Source: an uncultured Gemmatimonadota bacterium (GTDB lineage Bacteria; JAAXHH01). From it: a stretch of DNA of 64,000 nucleotides. Location of the stretch: assembly GCA_951812955.1 (NCBI GenBank), contig OX638340.1, forward strand, positions 736,001 through 800,000, read 5' to 3'. This document shows positions 37,507-46,923 of the stretch, in pieces. Made by a program: the position numbers and the translations under genes. A model generated the notes under the pieces. It was given only the letters and a program-made list of their open reading frames with translations, was not told where the DNA came from and did no database searches. The first letter of the stretch is position 1. Each line of letters opens with the position of its first letter.

Positions 37507-40464
37507 TCAGGGACGCAATGTCAACCTGTCACGGGCGCGCTTCAGCCAGTCTACCCCGCCAGCAGGTTCCATCTCCGACAGGAAACGGGAAGGCTGCTTC
37601 CGCTGTGTCGTAATGCAGAGCCTTTCTTCGGCCCGTGTCAGGGCGACGTAGAAAACGCGCCGCTCCTCCTCGATCTGCTCTTCTGAACCCGTCATGCGTC
37701 GGTGGGGCAGTATATCCTCGACCACGTGGAAGAGTATGACGCCCTTGAATTCGTCTCCCTTGCTCCGGTGAATCGTCGTGACTGTAATCCGGTCTTCGGC
37801 AGGCGATGTGTCGCTATGGGTTGCCGCAGGCTGCTCGCCGTCGCCTGCCGTTCCTCCATCATGTGCGTGGCCATCGACCGTTGCTTCCGGTTGCGCACTA
37901 TCTCGGGCTGTATCTCCCCGATATGCACTTTGTTCACCCCTTTCCGCCTGAGACGTGTCATAGCGGACGTATTCTTCAGGATCCGCGTCCGAACCGGAAG
38001 CCATGGACCTGAGATAAGCGCGAACGAACGAGTCCGTAGTCGGATATCTTGCGGCCATCTGCCTTATCATACCGATCGACTCCTCACCAGAAGCCGTCAT
38101 CCGCTGCCTGCTCGTCTCGTCCCTTTGCAGGTAGTAGGCGGCGAGCCCCGACTGATCCATCAACGTATCGAGGAAATCGACCGGAGGCACGCCCGGGGAC
38201 CCGTATACTTTGCGCAGGTTTTCGATGCATCCACGGTATTCATCGAGTTTGCCGTTTACGTCGCCCGGCAGACTGTCTATCCGCTCGAGGAAACGGGGAC
38301 CTAGCACCGCCGCTTCGCGCAGTCGGGCATTGGAGAGCAGCCGAGAAGGGAAGGACAGGCTAATCGCGTATGAAAGGGGATCGGCCTTTTCACCGTGTGC
38401 GACGACGTCGACATAAGCCCCCACGGTCCTTCCCACGTGGGTCTGGTACAGGGCGCCTTCATCGAGTGGATGGAAGGGCAGGTCCGCTTCCTTTAGAGCG
38501 GATTGAAGGGGCGACGCGATGGACTGGACGCGGACCAGGACGGCCATGTCCCTGAAGGCGTACCCCAGCTTGCCCCACCGGTGTATCGTGCGTACCACGG
38601 CATCTGTTTCGGCTTCCATAGACGGACATTTGTGGACCCGGATTGTGTTTCTGTCCGAACCAACCTGTACCGGACGGATTGGCTTGTCGAAACGGTTCGC
38701 GTTATGGGAAATGACGCTGGCGGATTGGGTTACGATTTCCGGTCCGCATCGGTAATTCGCCCCCAGGGTGTGGACCGCAGCGCCGGGATACCACCGCTGA
38801 AACGAGCGGATATTCTCCGGATCCGCGCCGGTGAAGGTATTGATCATCTGGTCGTCATCGCCCACGGCAAACAGGTTGTTCAGCGGCAGGGAGAGCAGTC
38901 TCAGCATCAGGAACTGCACGGGGGTCAGGTCCTGGACCTCGTCCACCAGGACCGAATCGAAGCGATGCTGATATACGGTTCGCGCCCGGGGAGCTGAAAG
39001 AAGGATTTCCACGGCGCGGAATAACTGCTCGTCGAAGGTCATCAGGGCCTTGTCGCTCATGCTGCGTTCCACTTCTTCGCGCATTCTGAGGACCTGGCGC
39101 CTATCAAAGTCCTCAGTTCCCTCGCACGCGCCATATTCATCGATGGGCATCAACGTTCTCCGGTACCTGGAGACCGCCTCCTCGTACGCAATGACGAGAT
39201 GCTCAGGAAAGGGATAGGGGATGGCCGGGAAGTGCCGCTTGAAATCCTCCTTCAGCGCTTTTCTGTATATATCCGTCAACCCACCTGGCAGCGACTGTCC
39301 CGTAACGACGCCATAGTCCGCGTAGGGACTCTCCGGCGCCTGTCTGCAGATCTCGAAACCCAGGCTGTGCAGCGTCCGGATATGCACGTCCGGCAGTCCG
39401 GCATCCCCGTGTATACGCTCTGCCATCACCTCGCTCGCCGCCTTGTTGAAAACCACGCAGAGAATCCGGCCGGGGCGGACGCCGCCCCGCACGGCTTCAA
39501 CCACCCGCCGTGTCAGCACCCGCGTCTTTCCCGAGCCCGCGGGCGCCAGGGTGAGCACCACGCCGGCGCGAGGATCCAGACACCTGGCCTGTTCTCCGGC
39601 CAGACCGGGGTTCGGCTCAGGCATCGGAAGTACGGTTCCGCGGCCGTTGCCGGCCAGATTCGAACGGACCCGTTCTATACATCCGTCGAGATCGTGTACG
39701 ACCTCGCTCCCATTGAACCGGATCACATCCCGAATGTTATGTGCTCGAGTCAGTTCCTTGTCCCACGTGGTGCGGTCGGCGCGGACAAACTCCCTGCCGT
39801 CGACCTCCACGGCCACGAAACTGCCGCGTGAGTCGTCAACAAGCAGATCGACGAAACACGAGCCGAACGGGGCATGTAGCTCGTGGGACAAGCCGGCCCG
39901 GGCAAGCCCCTCGTGCATCTTCCTCTCGACGGGCGTCAACCAGGGTTCTGCCGATGAATTAAACGCATCGGGAGTCGGAAACACGGCACAGGTGCAAGCC
40001 AGGAGGAACCGCAATTGTTCTCTCAGGAGAGGTGACATCGTATCTTCGATCTCGTCCTTATCCGGCATGCCGACCGAACCGGTGTCCAGATCCTGAAGAT
40101 CCCAGGACGCGAACAGATACAGGGGTATGTATCGCCTGTACGCCGGAAGGACGAGGAGGTTTACCAGGCTGTTCATATGGGCCAAGTGCCTGGACGTCAA
40201 TTTGAGGATCAGGCGATCGGGTTCACCCCGCACTTCCTGGCCTTCCTCCGGATCGCTCATTACGGCCGTGCCCGGACGGGACTCGATTTCGGGCATGGAG
40301 TATTCACCAGGACACCGGAATACCGCGAGTCCGCGGCCCTTCTGTTCCCGCAGAGGTACTTCGCCCGGAACGAGCTGGACCGAACCAACGGCCGAACCGC
40401 AGACCGGATGTTGTTCCGCCGATCGGGTCTCTTCTGCCGATAGAACTTCGTCCGTAGATGGCAT
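37507..40464 (-). CDS. UvrD/Rep-type SF1 helicase fused to an N-terminal DUF559 (Vsr-like PD-(D/E)xK) endonuclease-like domain
   Basis: The DUF559 signature is LTPVERKMHEGLARAGL...FVDLLVDDSRGSFVAVEVDGREF...DKELTRAHNIRDVIRFNGSEV. Helicase motifs are LAPAGSGKT (Walker A), VLVDEVQD, and motif V/VI TVTTIHRSKGDEF...VALTRA. An acidic low-complexity insert precedes motif V. The track ORF's first Met is at 40464; internal Mets could be the real start. Confidence 0.8.
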   Translation of the reverse strand: MPSTDEVLSAEETRSAEQHPVCGSAVGSVQLVPGEVPLREQKGRGLAVFRCPGEYSMPEIESRPGTAVMSDPEEGQEVRGEPDRLILKLTSRHLAHMNSLVNLLVLPAYRRYIPLYLFASWDLQDLDTGSVGMPDKDEIEDTMSPLLREQLRFLLACTCAVFPTPDAFNSSAEPWLTPVERKMHEGLARAGLSHELHAPFGSCFVDLLVDDSRGSFVAVEVDGREFVRADRTTWDKELTRAHNIRDVIRFNGSEVVHDLDGCIERVRSNLAGNGRGTVLPMPEPNPGLAGEQARCLDPRAGVVLTLAPAGSGKTRVLTRRVVEAVRGGVRPGRILCVVFNKAASEVMAERIHGDAGLPDVHIRTLHSLGFEICRQAPESPYADYGVVTGQSLPGGLTDIYRKALKEDFKRHFPAIPYPFPEHLVIAYEEAVSRYRRTLMPIDEYGACEGTEDFDRRQVLRMREEVERSMSDKALMTFDEQLFRAVEILLSAPRARTVYQHRFDSVLVDEVQDLTPVQFLMLRLLSLPLNNLFAVGDDDQMINTFTGADPENIRSFQRWYPGAAVHTLGANYRCGPEIVTQSASVISHNANRFDKPIRPVQVGSDRNTIRVHKCPSMEAETDAVVRTIHRWGKLGYAFRDMAVLVRVQSIASPLQSALKEADLPFHPLDEGALYQTHVGRTVGAYVDVVAHGEKADPLSYAISLSFPSRLLSNARLREAAVLGPRFLERIDSLPGDVNGKLDEYRGCIENLRKVYGSPGVPPVDFLDTLMDQSGLAAYYLQRDETSRQRMTASGEESIGMIRQMAARYPTTDSFVRAYLRSMASGSDADPEEYVRYDTSQAERGEQSAYRGDTARDSAQPEATVDGHAHDGGTAGDGEQPAATHSDTSPAEDRITVTTIHRSKGDEFKGVILFHVVEDILPHRRMTGSEEQIEEERRVFYVALTRAEERLCITTQRKQPSRFLSEMEPAGGVDWLKRARDRLTLRP

Positions 40465-40493
40465 TCGTTTCCTTTTTGTCCTGTTCTATAGAC

Positions 40494-40522
40494 GGAACGT
40501 ACCTGGCGCGGAACGTACGTAC
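40494..40522. promoter_or_regulatory. direct repeat GGAACGTAC x2; the second copy forms GAACGTACGTAC, a near Cheo-type LexA box (GAAC-N4-GTTC)
   Basis: Seen directly. It lies 30-58 bp upstream of the helicase start codon. Confidence 0.25.
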
Positions 40523-40738
40523 TCCGAACTTGTCCACGAAATCCCGGCGGGATTCGCAGGTACGATCGAAATCCATGGGGCAAGTTATCCGTCAACATGT
40601 ACTCTTTACAGTCGGCGCGATGATGCCAATCTCGAAACAATGGACCGAAACCGGATTGCGAAGGGTCCGCACCATCTCGCGCAATATGTTGATGGATCGT
40701 TAATTGCCGGTTATTTTCGGTTTGAGGAGGCCAGCGCT

Positions 40739-41839
40739 ATGGGTGCAGTGGAAGAAAAAGTCTGGGGCGCTTTACGTTCCAGGCCCGTCTTTTTATACAC
40801 GTTGAACAGTGCGAGCGGCGCGGCCGCGCACGTAACGAACTACGGAGCGATACTCAAATCCATGGAGGTCCCTGATTCTGATGGGAACCTCGTGGACGTC
40901 GTGCTGGGTTTCGACACCTTCGAGGAATACCTGGGCGAACACCCCTTCTTCGGCGCCACGGTGGGCCGTTGCGCCAATCGGATCGCGGGCGGACGGTTTA
41001 CGCTGGGGGGAAAGGCATACAGCCTGGCGATCAACGACAGGGCCGGTCCCAATCACATCCACGGGGGGCCCGGTGGATTCGACAAGCAGGTCTGGGAACC
41101 GGTAGACTTCGGTCAGCGCGAAGATGGAACCTATGTGGTACTGGCCTACACGAGCGCCGATGGTGAGGAAGGGTACCCGGGTACCGTGGAGACGACCGTT
41201 ACCTATACCCTTACCCGCGACGACGAGTTGCGGATTTCGATGGAGGCGCGTACCGACCGGCCCACGGTGGTGAACCTGACCAATCATTCTTACTGGAACC
41301 TGAACGGCCACCAGTCCGGTTCTGTGCTGGACCACGAGGTAACCCTGTTCGCCGACGCCTACACGCCCGTCGACGGCCACCATATTCCCACGGGCGAAAT
41401 CAAGGAGGTCGCCGGGACGCCCTTCGACTTCACCGGACCCAGAACAATTGCCGCGGAGATGGACGCCACTGCTACGCCCGGTCCGAGGAACCCCGAAGAT
41501 CCTGTCGGATACGACCACAATTTCGTGCTGCACGATGCCGGCGGAAAGATCAGGCCGGCGGCCCGTGCGGCTTCCCGCCGATCCGGCCTCACGATGGAAG
41601 TAAGGACCGACCAGGCGGGCGTGCAGTTCTACACGGGGAACCATCTGTCCGGCGCCCTGTCGGGTAAAGGTGGCGCGCACTATGGCAGGCACCACGCCTT
41701 CTGCCTGGAAACGCAGGCCTTTCCCGACGCGATCAATCACCAGGACGCACCGGGATGGCCTTCGGTTGTGCTGAATCCAGGTGAGGCATACCGCCACGAG
41801 GTATGCTATGCATTCGCGTCCATGGAACCGGCCCCGTAA
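40739..41839 (+). CDS. galM: aldose 1-epimerase (galactose mutarotase)
   Basis: GAILKSMEVPDSDGNLVDVVLGFDTFEEY...HIHGGPGGFDKQVW...HSYWNL is the mutarotase core. GAGGAGG RBS lies before the ATG at 40739. The longer track ORF starting at 40127 overlaps the helicase and is rejected. Confidence 0.8.
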   Translation: MGAVEEKVWGALRSRPVFLYTLNSASGAAAHVTNYGAILKSMEVPDSDGNLVDVVLGFDTFEEYLGEHPFFGATVGRCANRIAGGRFTLGGKAYSLAINDRAGPNHIHGGPGGFDKQVWEPVDFGQREDGTYVVLAYTSADGEEGYPGTVETTVTYTLTRDDELRISMEARTDRPTVVNLTNHSYWNLNGHQSGSVLDHEVTLFADAYTPVDGHHIPTGEIKEVAGTPFDFTGPRTIAAEMDATATPGPRNPEDPVGYDHNFVLHDAGGKIRPAARAASRRSGLTMEVRTDQAGVQFYTGNHLSGALSGKGGAHYGRHHAFCLETQAFPDAINHQDAPGWPSVVLNPGEAYRHEVCYAFASMEPAP

Positions 41840-41917
41840 TTCGAATCCTTCAACTTCCTCCGGCGGCCCTTTGACGAGCCTCTGACTTACCCTGTAAGTC
41901 GACGCATCAGTTAGCGC

Positions 41918-42664
41918 TCACCGCGTGAAGACGGTCTGGCGCAGGTGATCCGCGTGGTCGGATACGAGGAATGCCAGGATCCTGCCCACGCCCTCGGGGT
42001 CGCCCAGGTATTCTTCCGCCTGCTTCAGCGCTTCTTCCACCGAATCGCCCCGGGATTCGGCCGCCTGGGCGATGTTTCTCAGCTTCATGGGCGTGGCGAT
42101 CCCCCCTGGACAGACCGCGTGTACACGTATGCCGAAGGACGCCAGTTGGCTTTCCAGGACGACCGCCTGCCCGTGCACGGCACCCTTGCTGGTCCCGTAG
42201 GCCACCGATGAACTGCCTCCCCGGACACCGGCCCCGGAGGATAATAGAACGATCACGCCCTTTTTCTGTTTCTTCATCACCGGCGCCACGTACTTGCAGG
42301 TAAGAAATGAGCCTTTCAGGTTTACGTCCATTACGCGCTGCCATACGGTCTCGTCGAGTTCGTCCACGGGAACGTAGGCGCCCTCGAGTATGCCCGCGCA
42401 GTTGATGAGCGCATCGATTCGTCCGAAGTCCTCGACCGCCCCAGCCATCAAATCTTCGACCTGCCGGGCATCCGAAACGTCCACCACCTGACAGGAGGAT
42501 TCGCCGCCGGCGGCGTGTATCTCGCCAAAGGTCTCTTTCAACCTGGTTTCATCGATATCGGCGAGGACGGTGCGCCCTCCGGCCTCCGCACAGGAGATCG
42601 CCGCGGCACGTCCGATGCCCATGGCCGCGCCGGTAATGACGACCGTCTTGTTCTCGAGCGACAT
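41918..42664 (-). CDS. SDR-family oxidoreductase
   Basis: KTVVITGAAMGIGRA, and a catalytic YGTSK (YxxxK). Confidence 0.8.
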   Translation of the reverse strand: MSLENKTVVITGAAMGIGRAAAISCAEAGGRTVLADIDETRLKETFGEIHAAGGESSCQVVDVSDARQVEDLMAGAVEDFGRIDALINCAGILEGAYVPVDELDETVWQRVMDVNLKGSFLTCKYVAPVMKKQKKGVIVLLSSGAGVRGGSSSVAYGTSKGAVHGQAVVLESQLASFGIRVHAVCPGGIATPMKLRNIAQAAESRGDSVEEALKQAEEYLGDPEGVGRILAFLVSDHADHLRQTVFTR

Positions 42665-42827
42665 ATCTCCATCCTTCCTTGTTTGGTTTCGCGGGGACAC
42701 ACCCGCATTCCGCCCTGTGTTTCAATCCTCTCAGATATTCTAATCCCTGGCCGTTCAATTATCAAACCCCGATGAGCGACGGCGTAGTTCACACTGCTCC
42801 ATTCCCCTTGTTGCACCTCCAAATGCC

Positions 42828-42883
42828 TTGACATACGCACTACACGTCTGTAAGCTATAACATGCGCGGAGAACGCATCCGCG
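42828..42883 (+). promoter_or_regulatory. TTGACA-N17-TAAGCT candidate promoter followed by a perfect inverted repeat CGCGGA-N7-TCCGCG
   Basis: Seen directly, upstream of the Tat Moco oxidoreductase gene. Confidence 0.3.
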
Positions 42884-42964
42884 GTGATCCAGAAACTGAA
42901 TCAGTAGTCATACAACGCTTATCCTTTCGAATCCGACCCATTCCGATCCCGACAGGACCCGTTC

Positions 42965-43606
42965 ATGGACCGGCGTCATTTCCTGGAAACCCTCGCGGCC
43001 GGACTCGTAGTCGGAGGATCCATACTTCCCGCGTTTCAGTCCTTAGCCGGTCCCCTTTTCGTGCCTGTTAATAAGGACGAGGAGGGGCTTACTCCCCTGC
43101 GCAGGTTCTTCGCGGTAGCCATTGTCTCTTTCCCTCCGAAAATCGATGTCGAAAGCGAACGGCTCGAAATCGACGGCGCCGTTTCGACGCCATTGGCGGT
43201 GGGGTACGATGAATTGCACCAGTGGCCACAACGCACGCAGGAGAGTATCCTGCGATGCGTGGGCGGCGCCCAGGGCAGAGCCCGGTGGGTCGGCGTACGG
43301 CTAAGCGACCTGCTTGAAAAGGCGGGTATGGACCCGGATGCCCGGGACGTGATTTTCTACGGGGCGGACGAGTATGAGAGCAGTGTGCCCGTGGGCGAAG
43401 CGATGAAGCAGAGCAGCATGCTGGCGCTTCGTATGAACGACGAGCCGTTGTGGTCCAAGCATGGCGCGCCAGTACGCCTGGTCATGCCCGGTATGTATGG
43501 ATACAAGCAGGTCAAGTGGCTTACCCGGATCGAAGTCACACGTAAGAACCACAAGGGATACTGGGAAAAACGCGGCTATTCGGACGATGGACGGATCAAA
43601 TCCTGA
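42965..43606 (+). CDS. molybdopterin-binding oxidoreductase domain protein (sulfite-oxidase/MsrP-like fold) with a Tat signal
   Basis: MDRRHFLETLAAGLVVGG (RRxFL Tat motif)...GYKQVKWLTRIEV is typical of the Oxidored_molyb domain. Confidence 0.65.
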   Translation: MDRRHFLETLAAGLVVGGSILPAFQSLAGPLFVPVNKDEEGLTPLRRFFAVAIVSFPPKIDVESERLEIDGAVSTPLAVGYDELHQWPQRTQESILRCVGGAQGRARWVGVRLSDLLEKAGMDPDARDVIFYGADEYESSVPVGEAMKQSSMLALRMNDEPLWSKHGAPVRLVMPGMYGYKQVKWLTRIEVTRKNHKGYWEKRGYSDDGRIKS

Positions 43607-43621
43607 GGAGCCAGGCTTTCA

Positions 43622-44635
43622 ATGGATGCCATGCTGGTTACCGGTGGAGCCGGGTTCATTGGCAGTAACTTCGTTCGATACGTATTGAATTGTCGTCCCG
43701 ATACGCAGGTCGTGGTTCTCGATGCCCTGACGTACGCCGGCAACCTGGCCAATCTCGAAGATTGCGGAGGTACGGAACGGCTCAGGTTCATTCACGGTGA
43801 TATTCGGGACAGGGACACGGTCGACGACGCGATGCGCGGGGTCGACACAGTTGTGAATTTTGCGGCCGAATCGCATGTCGATCGGTCCATCCTCGACCCG
43901 TCCTCCTTCATCGAACCCAACTACAACGGGGTATGCGTCCTGCTCGAAGCGGCGCGGCGCCTGGAAGTGCAGCGATTCCTCCAGGTTTCAACCGACGAGG
44001 TGTACGGGCACGTGCCCGCCGGATTCTCCGTTGAAAGCGACGCCTTAGCGCCTCGCAACCCCTATGCCGCTAGCAAGGCGGGGGCGGAGCTGCTGGCTCA
44101 ATCCTACTACACCACCTACGGACTGCCCGTGTTGATTACGCGAGGCGGGAACACCGTCGGTCCCTACCAGTACCCGGAGAAGGTCCTGCCCCTGTTCATC
44201 ACGAACGCGCTGGAGTACAAACCGTTGCCGGTATACGGCGACGGAAGCGCCGTACGCAGCTACCTTTACGTGGAAGACCACTGTTCGGCCATCGACCGGG
44301 TGCTCCGCTCCGGCGAACCCGGGAACGCCTACAACGTGGGAACGAACTACGAGGTCAGCGGACGGGACCTGGCCGGACGGGTTCTGGAAACACTCGACCG
44401 GCCGGCGGCACTCCGCGAGTTCGTCCCGGACCGAAGCGGGCACGATCTACGTTACGCGCTGGACTGCGGCCGCATTCGGGCTCTGGGATGGCGTCCGGCG
44501 CTCGACTTCGACACGCTGCTGGACAGGACGGTGCAGTGGTACGTGACACACCGGCCGTGGTGGCGGGAGATTCGTAACGAAAGCGGTTTCAGGTCGTATT
44601 ACCGAAAGCAATACGATGAACGAGGTCAATCCTGA
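43622..44635 (+). CDS. rfbB: dTDP-glucose 4,6-dehydratase
   Basis: MLVTGGAGFIGSNFV...YAASKAGAELLAQSY (YxxxK); a full-length extended-SDR RmlB pattern. Confidence 0.9.
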   Translation: MDAMLVTGGAGFIGSNFVRYVLNCRPDTQVVVLDALTYAGNLANLEDCGGTERLRFIHGDIRDRDTVDDAMRGVDTVVNFAAESHVDRSILDPSSFIEPNYNGVCVLLEAARRLEVQRFLQVSTDEVYGHVPAGFSVESDALAPRNPYAASKAGAELLAQSYYTTYGLPVLITRGGNTVGPYQYPEKVLPLFITNALEYKPLPVYGDGSAVRSYLYVEDHCSAIDRVLRSGEPGNAYNVGTNYEVSGRDLAGRVLETLDRPAALREFVPDRSGHDLRYALDCGRIRALGWRPALDFDTLLDRTVQWYVTHRPWWREIRNESGFRSYYRKQYDERGQS

Positions 44636-44670
44636 CGGGGCGCCAATGCATTTATGGAGGTTGAGACCTG

Positions 44671-45918
44671 ATGTACCTGAGTCTGCTTGAGTCTGTCGTC
44701 CTGGCCGGCTGGACAGGACTCGTGGCCTATGGGTTCCTGTTGAGTCTCATCGGCCGGATTCGTGGCACCGGCAAGGCGCCGCTGATCTTTCCCCGGCACG
44801 TATTCGCCCTGGTGGTGCCTGCGGGGAACGACGAAGGCTCAATCGGCAGGACCGTGGAACACCTGCGCCGGAACAAGTACCCACGAAGCCTGTTCGACGT
44901 GATTGTCGCCCCGGTGAACAGCACGGACCAGACGGCAACCATTGCACGCCGAAAGGGTGCGGTGGTCTACAGCCCCGGCAAGCAGCGCTGGCGGGACGGG
45001 GAGGACGCGGTTCTTGGCGTGCTGGAACGCCTGTCCGTCAAGGACCGGTATGAAGCGTATATCATCCTGGATGTCCGGTCCAGGATTTCCGCGAACTACC
45101 TTGCCGTGATGAACGACAAACTGTCCAAGGGCGCCCTGGCCATCCAGTCCGGTTACAGTGTATCAGGCAGGAAATGGACCTGGAATACGGCGTGCAGAGC
45201 CCTGTTGAGCACCCTGAAGCCCTGCTGGCTCACGAACTGGCCCCTGAATCTTCGCCTGGGCGGGGGAATCCATCGAACCGGACTGTGCGTTTCCCGTCGG
45301 CTGGTAGAGAAACACGGCGTGAAGAAGCCGCGGCTGGACAATGCCCTGGGGTACCAGATCAAGTTGCTGCGCCACGACGTGGCCATCCAGTATTCCGACC
45401 AGGCATGGGTATACGATCGAACCCGCGATGTGAAGCCCGTTCGCTCCACATTCAGCCGCCTGAAGTCCAGGTGGCAGCGCGCCCGTGCCGATGGACCGCC
45501 CCTGATTGCGGATGGATTGAAATGGCGCAGCGTGGCGCAGTTCATCGGCGGATTCAATCTCTTCCTGCCCTCGTTCAACACGATGTTGTTCACTGCGTTG
45601 CTGTTCTTCGGGCTTGCCGTATACCTGCACGGCGTCACTTCGGCCATCGCCCTGGGTTGGATCGCGCTGATCGCGAGCCTTGTGGTCTTCGTGGTCCTCC
45701 GACTGAGGTTCATGCGTGCACCGGTCCTGGCTTATGCCGCGCTGCCGTCTTTACCCTTCATTCTGTTCTGGCAGTCCTTCAGATCCTGTTTTGCCGCCAA
45801 ACCGAAGAAACCGCAGGCCAGTGCGCAGCCCGAGACGAAAAGCGAAGGCCGTGCGCAACAGGGCCGCAGGCCGCGCAGGCGGTATTCGAGACGGCCCAGG
45901 CGCCAGCAGCCTTCCTGA
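44671..45918 (+). CDS. membrane glycosyltransferase family 2
   Basis: VVPAGNDEGSIGRTVEHL...VIVAPVNSTDQTATIARRKGAVV is a GT2 N-terminus. Multiple C-terminal TM helices and an Arg-rich tail. Confidence 0.6.
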   Translation: MYLSLLESVVLAGWTGLVAYGFLLSLIGRIRGTGKAPLIFPRHVFALVVPAGNDEGSIGRTVEHLRRNKYPRSLFDVIVAPVNSTDQTATIARRKGAVVYSPGKQRWRDGEDAVLGVLERLSVKDRYEAYIILDVRSRISANYLAVMNDKLSKGALAIQSGYSVSGRKWTWNTACRALLSTLKPCWLTNWPLNLRLGGGIHRTGLCVSRRLVEKHGVKKPRLDNALGYQIKLLRHDVAIQYSDQAWVYDRTRDVKPVRSTFSRLKSRWQRARADGPPLIADGLKWRSVAQFIGGFNLFLPSFNTMLFTALLFFGLAVYLHGVTSAIALGWIALIASLVVFVVLRLRFMRAPVLAYAALPSLPFILFWQSFRSCFAAKPKKPQASAQPETKSEGRAQQGRRPRRRYSRRPRRQQPS

Positions 45919-45992
45919 CATGGTAAGGGCCGCGTGCCGGTCTTCCCGACCGGGTCAACCCGGGAGCATGCCCCATTCAACTGCACCACGCG

Positions 45993-46826
45993 TTGATCCT
46001 CGGATTCCTCCAGGGCGTAACGGAGTTCCTGCCGGTCAGCAGTTCCGGCCATCTCGTCGTGTACCAGCAGCTGTTCGGGCTAAGCGGGCGGGGCGGACCA
46101 GCCGGACCGGATGAAACACGTTTGCTCTTCGAAGTCATGGTACACCTGGGGACGCTGATCGCCGTCCTGGTCGTATTCCGGTCGGATATCGCCGCCCTGG
46201 TCACGGGCGCGTTACGAGCGGCAACGGGCCATGCCGGGGGAGACCGCGGGCCTCTTCGCCTTCTTCTCCTGCTCGTCGTGGGCTCGATCCCGGCGGCGGT
46301 CTTCGGCCTGGGTTGGAAAGACGAACTCGAGCATCTGTTTTCCGCCCCGTTATATGTCGGCTTTGCATTCCTGTTGACCGGAACCGTACTGTGGCTGTCC
46401 CGGTATCCTGGTCGGCCGGTGCGGGATCTGGGCAGGACAACCTGGATCGATGCGCTTCTGATCGGTTTGGGCCAGGCGTTGGCGTTGGTTCCCGGTGTCT
46501 CCCGGTCGGGAACGACCATCTCCGTCGCCCTGCTGTTGGGACTTGACCGGCAGTTGGCGGCACGTTACTCTTTTTTATTGGCGGTTCCTGCCATTCTGGG
46601 TGCGGTTGTCGTCCAGGCAGGGGATGCGGGCGGCATTCCCGCCGATCAGTGGACCGCGGTAGCGGCGGGAACCATCATGGCGGCGTTGAGCGGTTACGTC
46701 GCCCTCAAGCTGCTCCTGCGCATCGTTGTTGCTGGCAATCTGTCCAGGTTTTCGTACTATTGCTGGGGAATCGGGCTGCTGACGCTTGGCGGTGCGCTGT
46801 CCGGCCTGACGGGGCTGTCAGGCTGA
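45993..46826 (+). CDS. uppP: undecaprenyl-diphosphate phosphatase
   Basis: ILGFLQGVTEFLPVSSSGHL and SRSGTTI are both conserved BacA/UppP motifs. TTG start. Confidence 0.9.
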   Translation: MILGFLQGVTEFLPVSSSGHLVVYQQLFGLSGRGGPAGPDETRLLFEVMVHLGTLIAVLVVFRSDIAALVTGALRAATGHAGGDRGPLRLLLLLVVGSIPAAVFGLGWKDELEHLFSAPLYVGFAFLLTGTVLWLSRYPGRPVRDLGRTTWIDALLIGLGQALALVPGVSRSGTTISVALLLGLDRQLAARYSFLLAVPAILGAVVVQAGDAGGIPADQWTAVAAGTIMAALSGYVALKLLLRIVVAGNLSRFSYYCWGIGLLTLGGALSGLTGLSG

Positions 46827-46854
46827 CCAGGCTGACCAGGCTGACCAGGCTGAC
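46819..46854. repeat. 9-bp microsatellite (CAGGCTGAC)x4 spanning the uppP stop codon
   Basis: Seen directly: gtCAGGCTGACCAGGCTGACCAGGCTGACCAGGCTGACcgg. Confidence 0.9.
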
Positions 46855-46923
46855 CGGCGCATTCTGATTCGGTCCGAATCCACACCCCCGGCGTCTCACA
46901 CTCTACAGACGGGAGCCAGGCAC

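Noticed and set aside
40127-40738. N-terminal 204-aa extension of the galM ORF
   Set aside because: It overlaps the helicase gene by >300 nt. Mutarotase homology starts at the Met at 40739, which has a GAGGAGG RBS.
45174-45926. 250-aa plus-strand ORF in an alternate frame of the GT2 gene. The same applies to 47704..48624 inside the MFS gene
   Set aside because: Arg/Pro-rich nonsense. The annotated frames give membrane proteins with family motifs.
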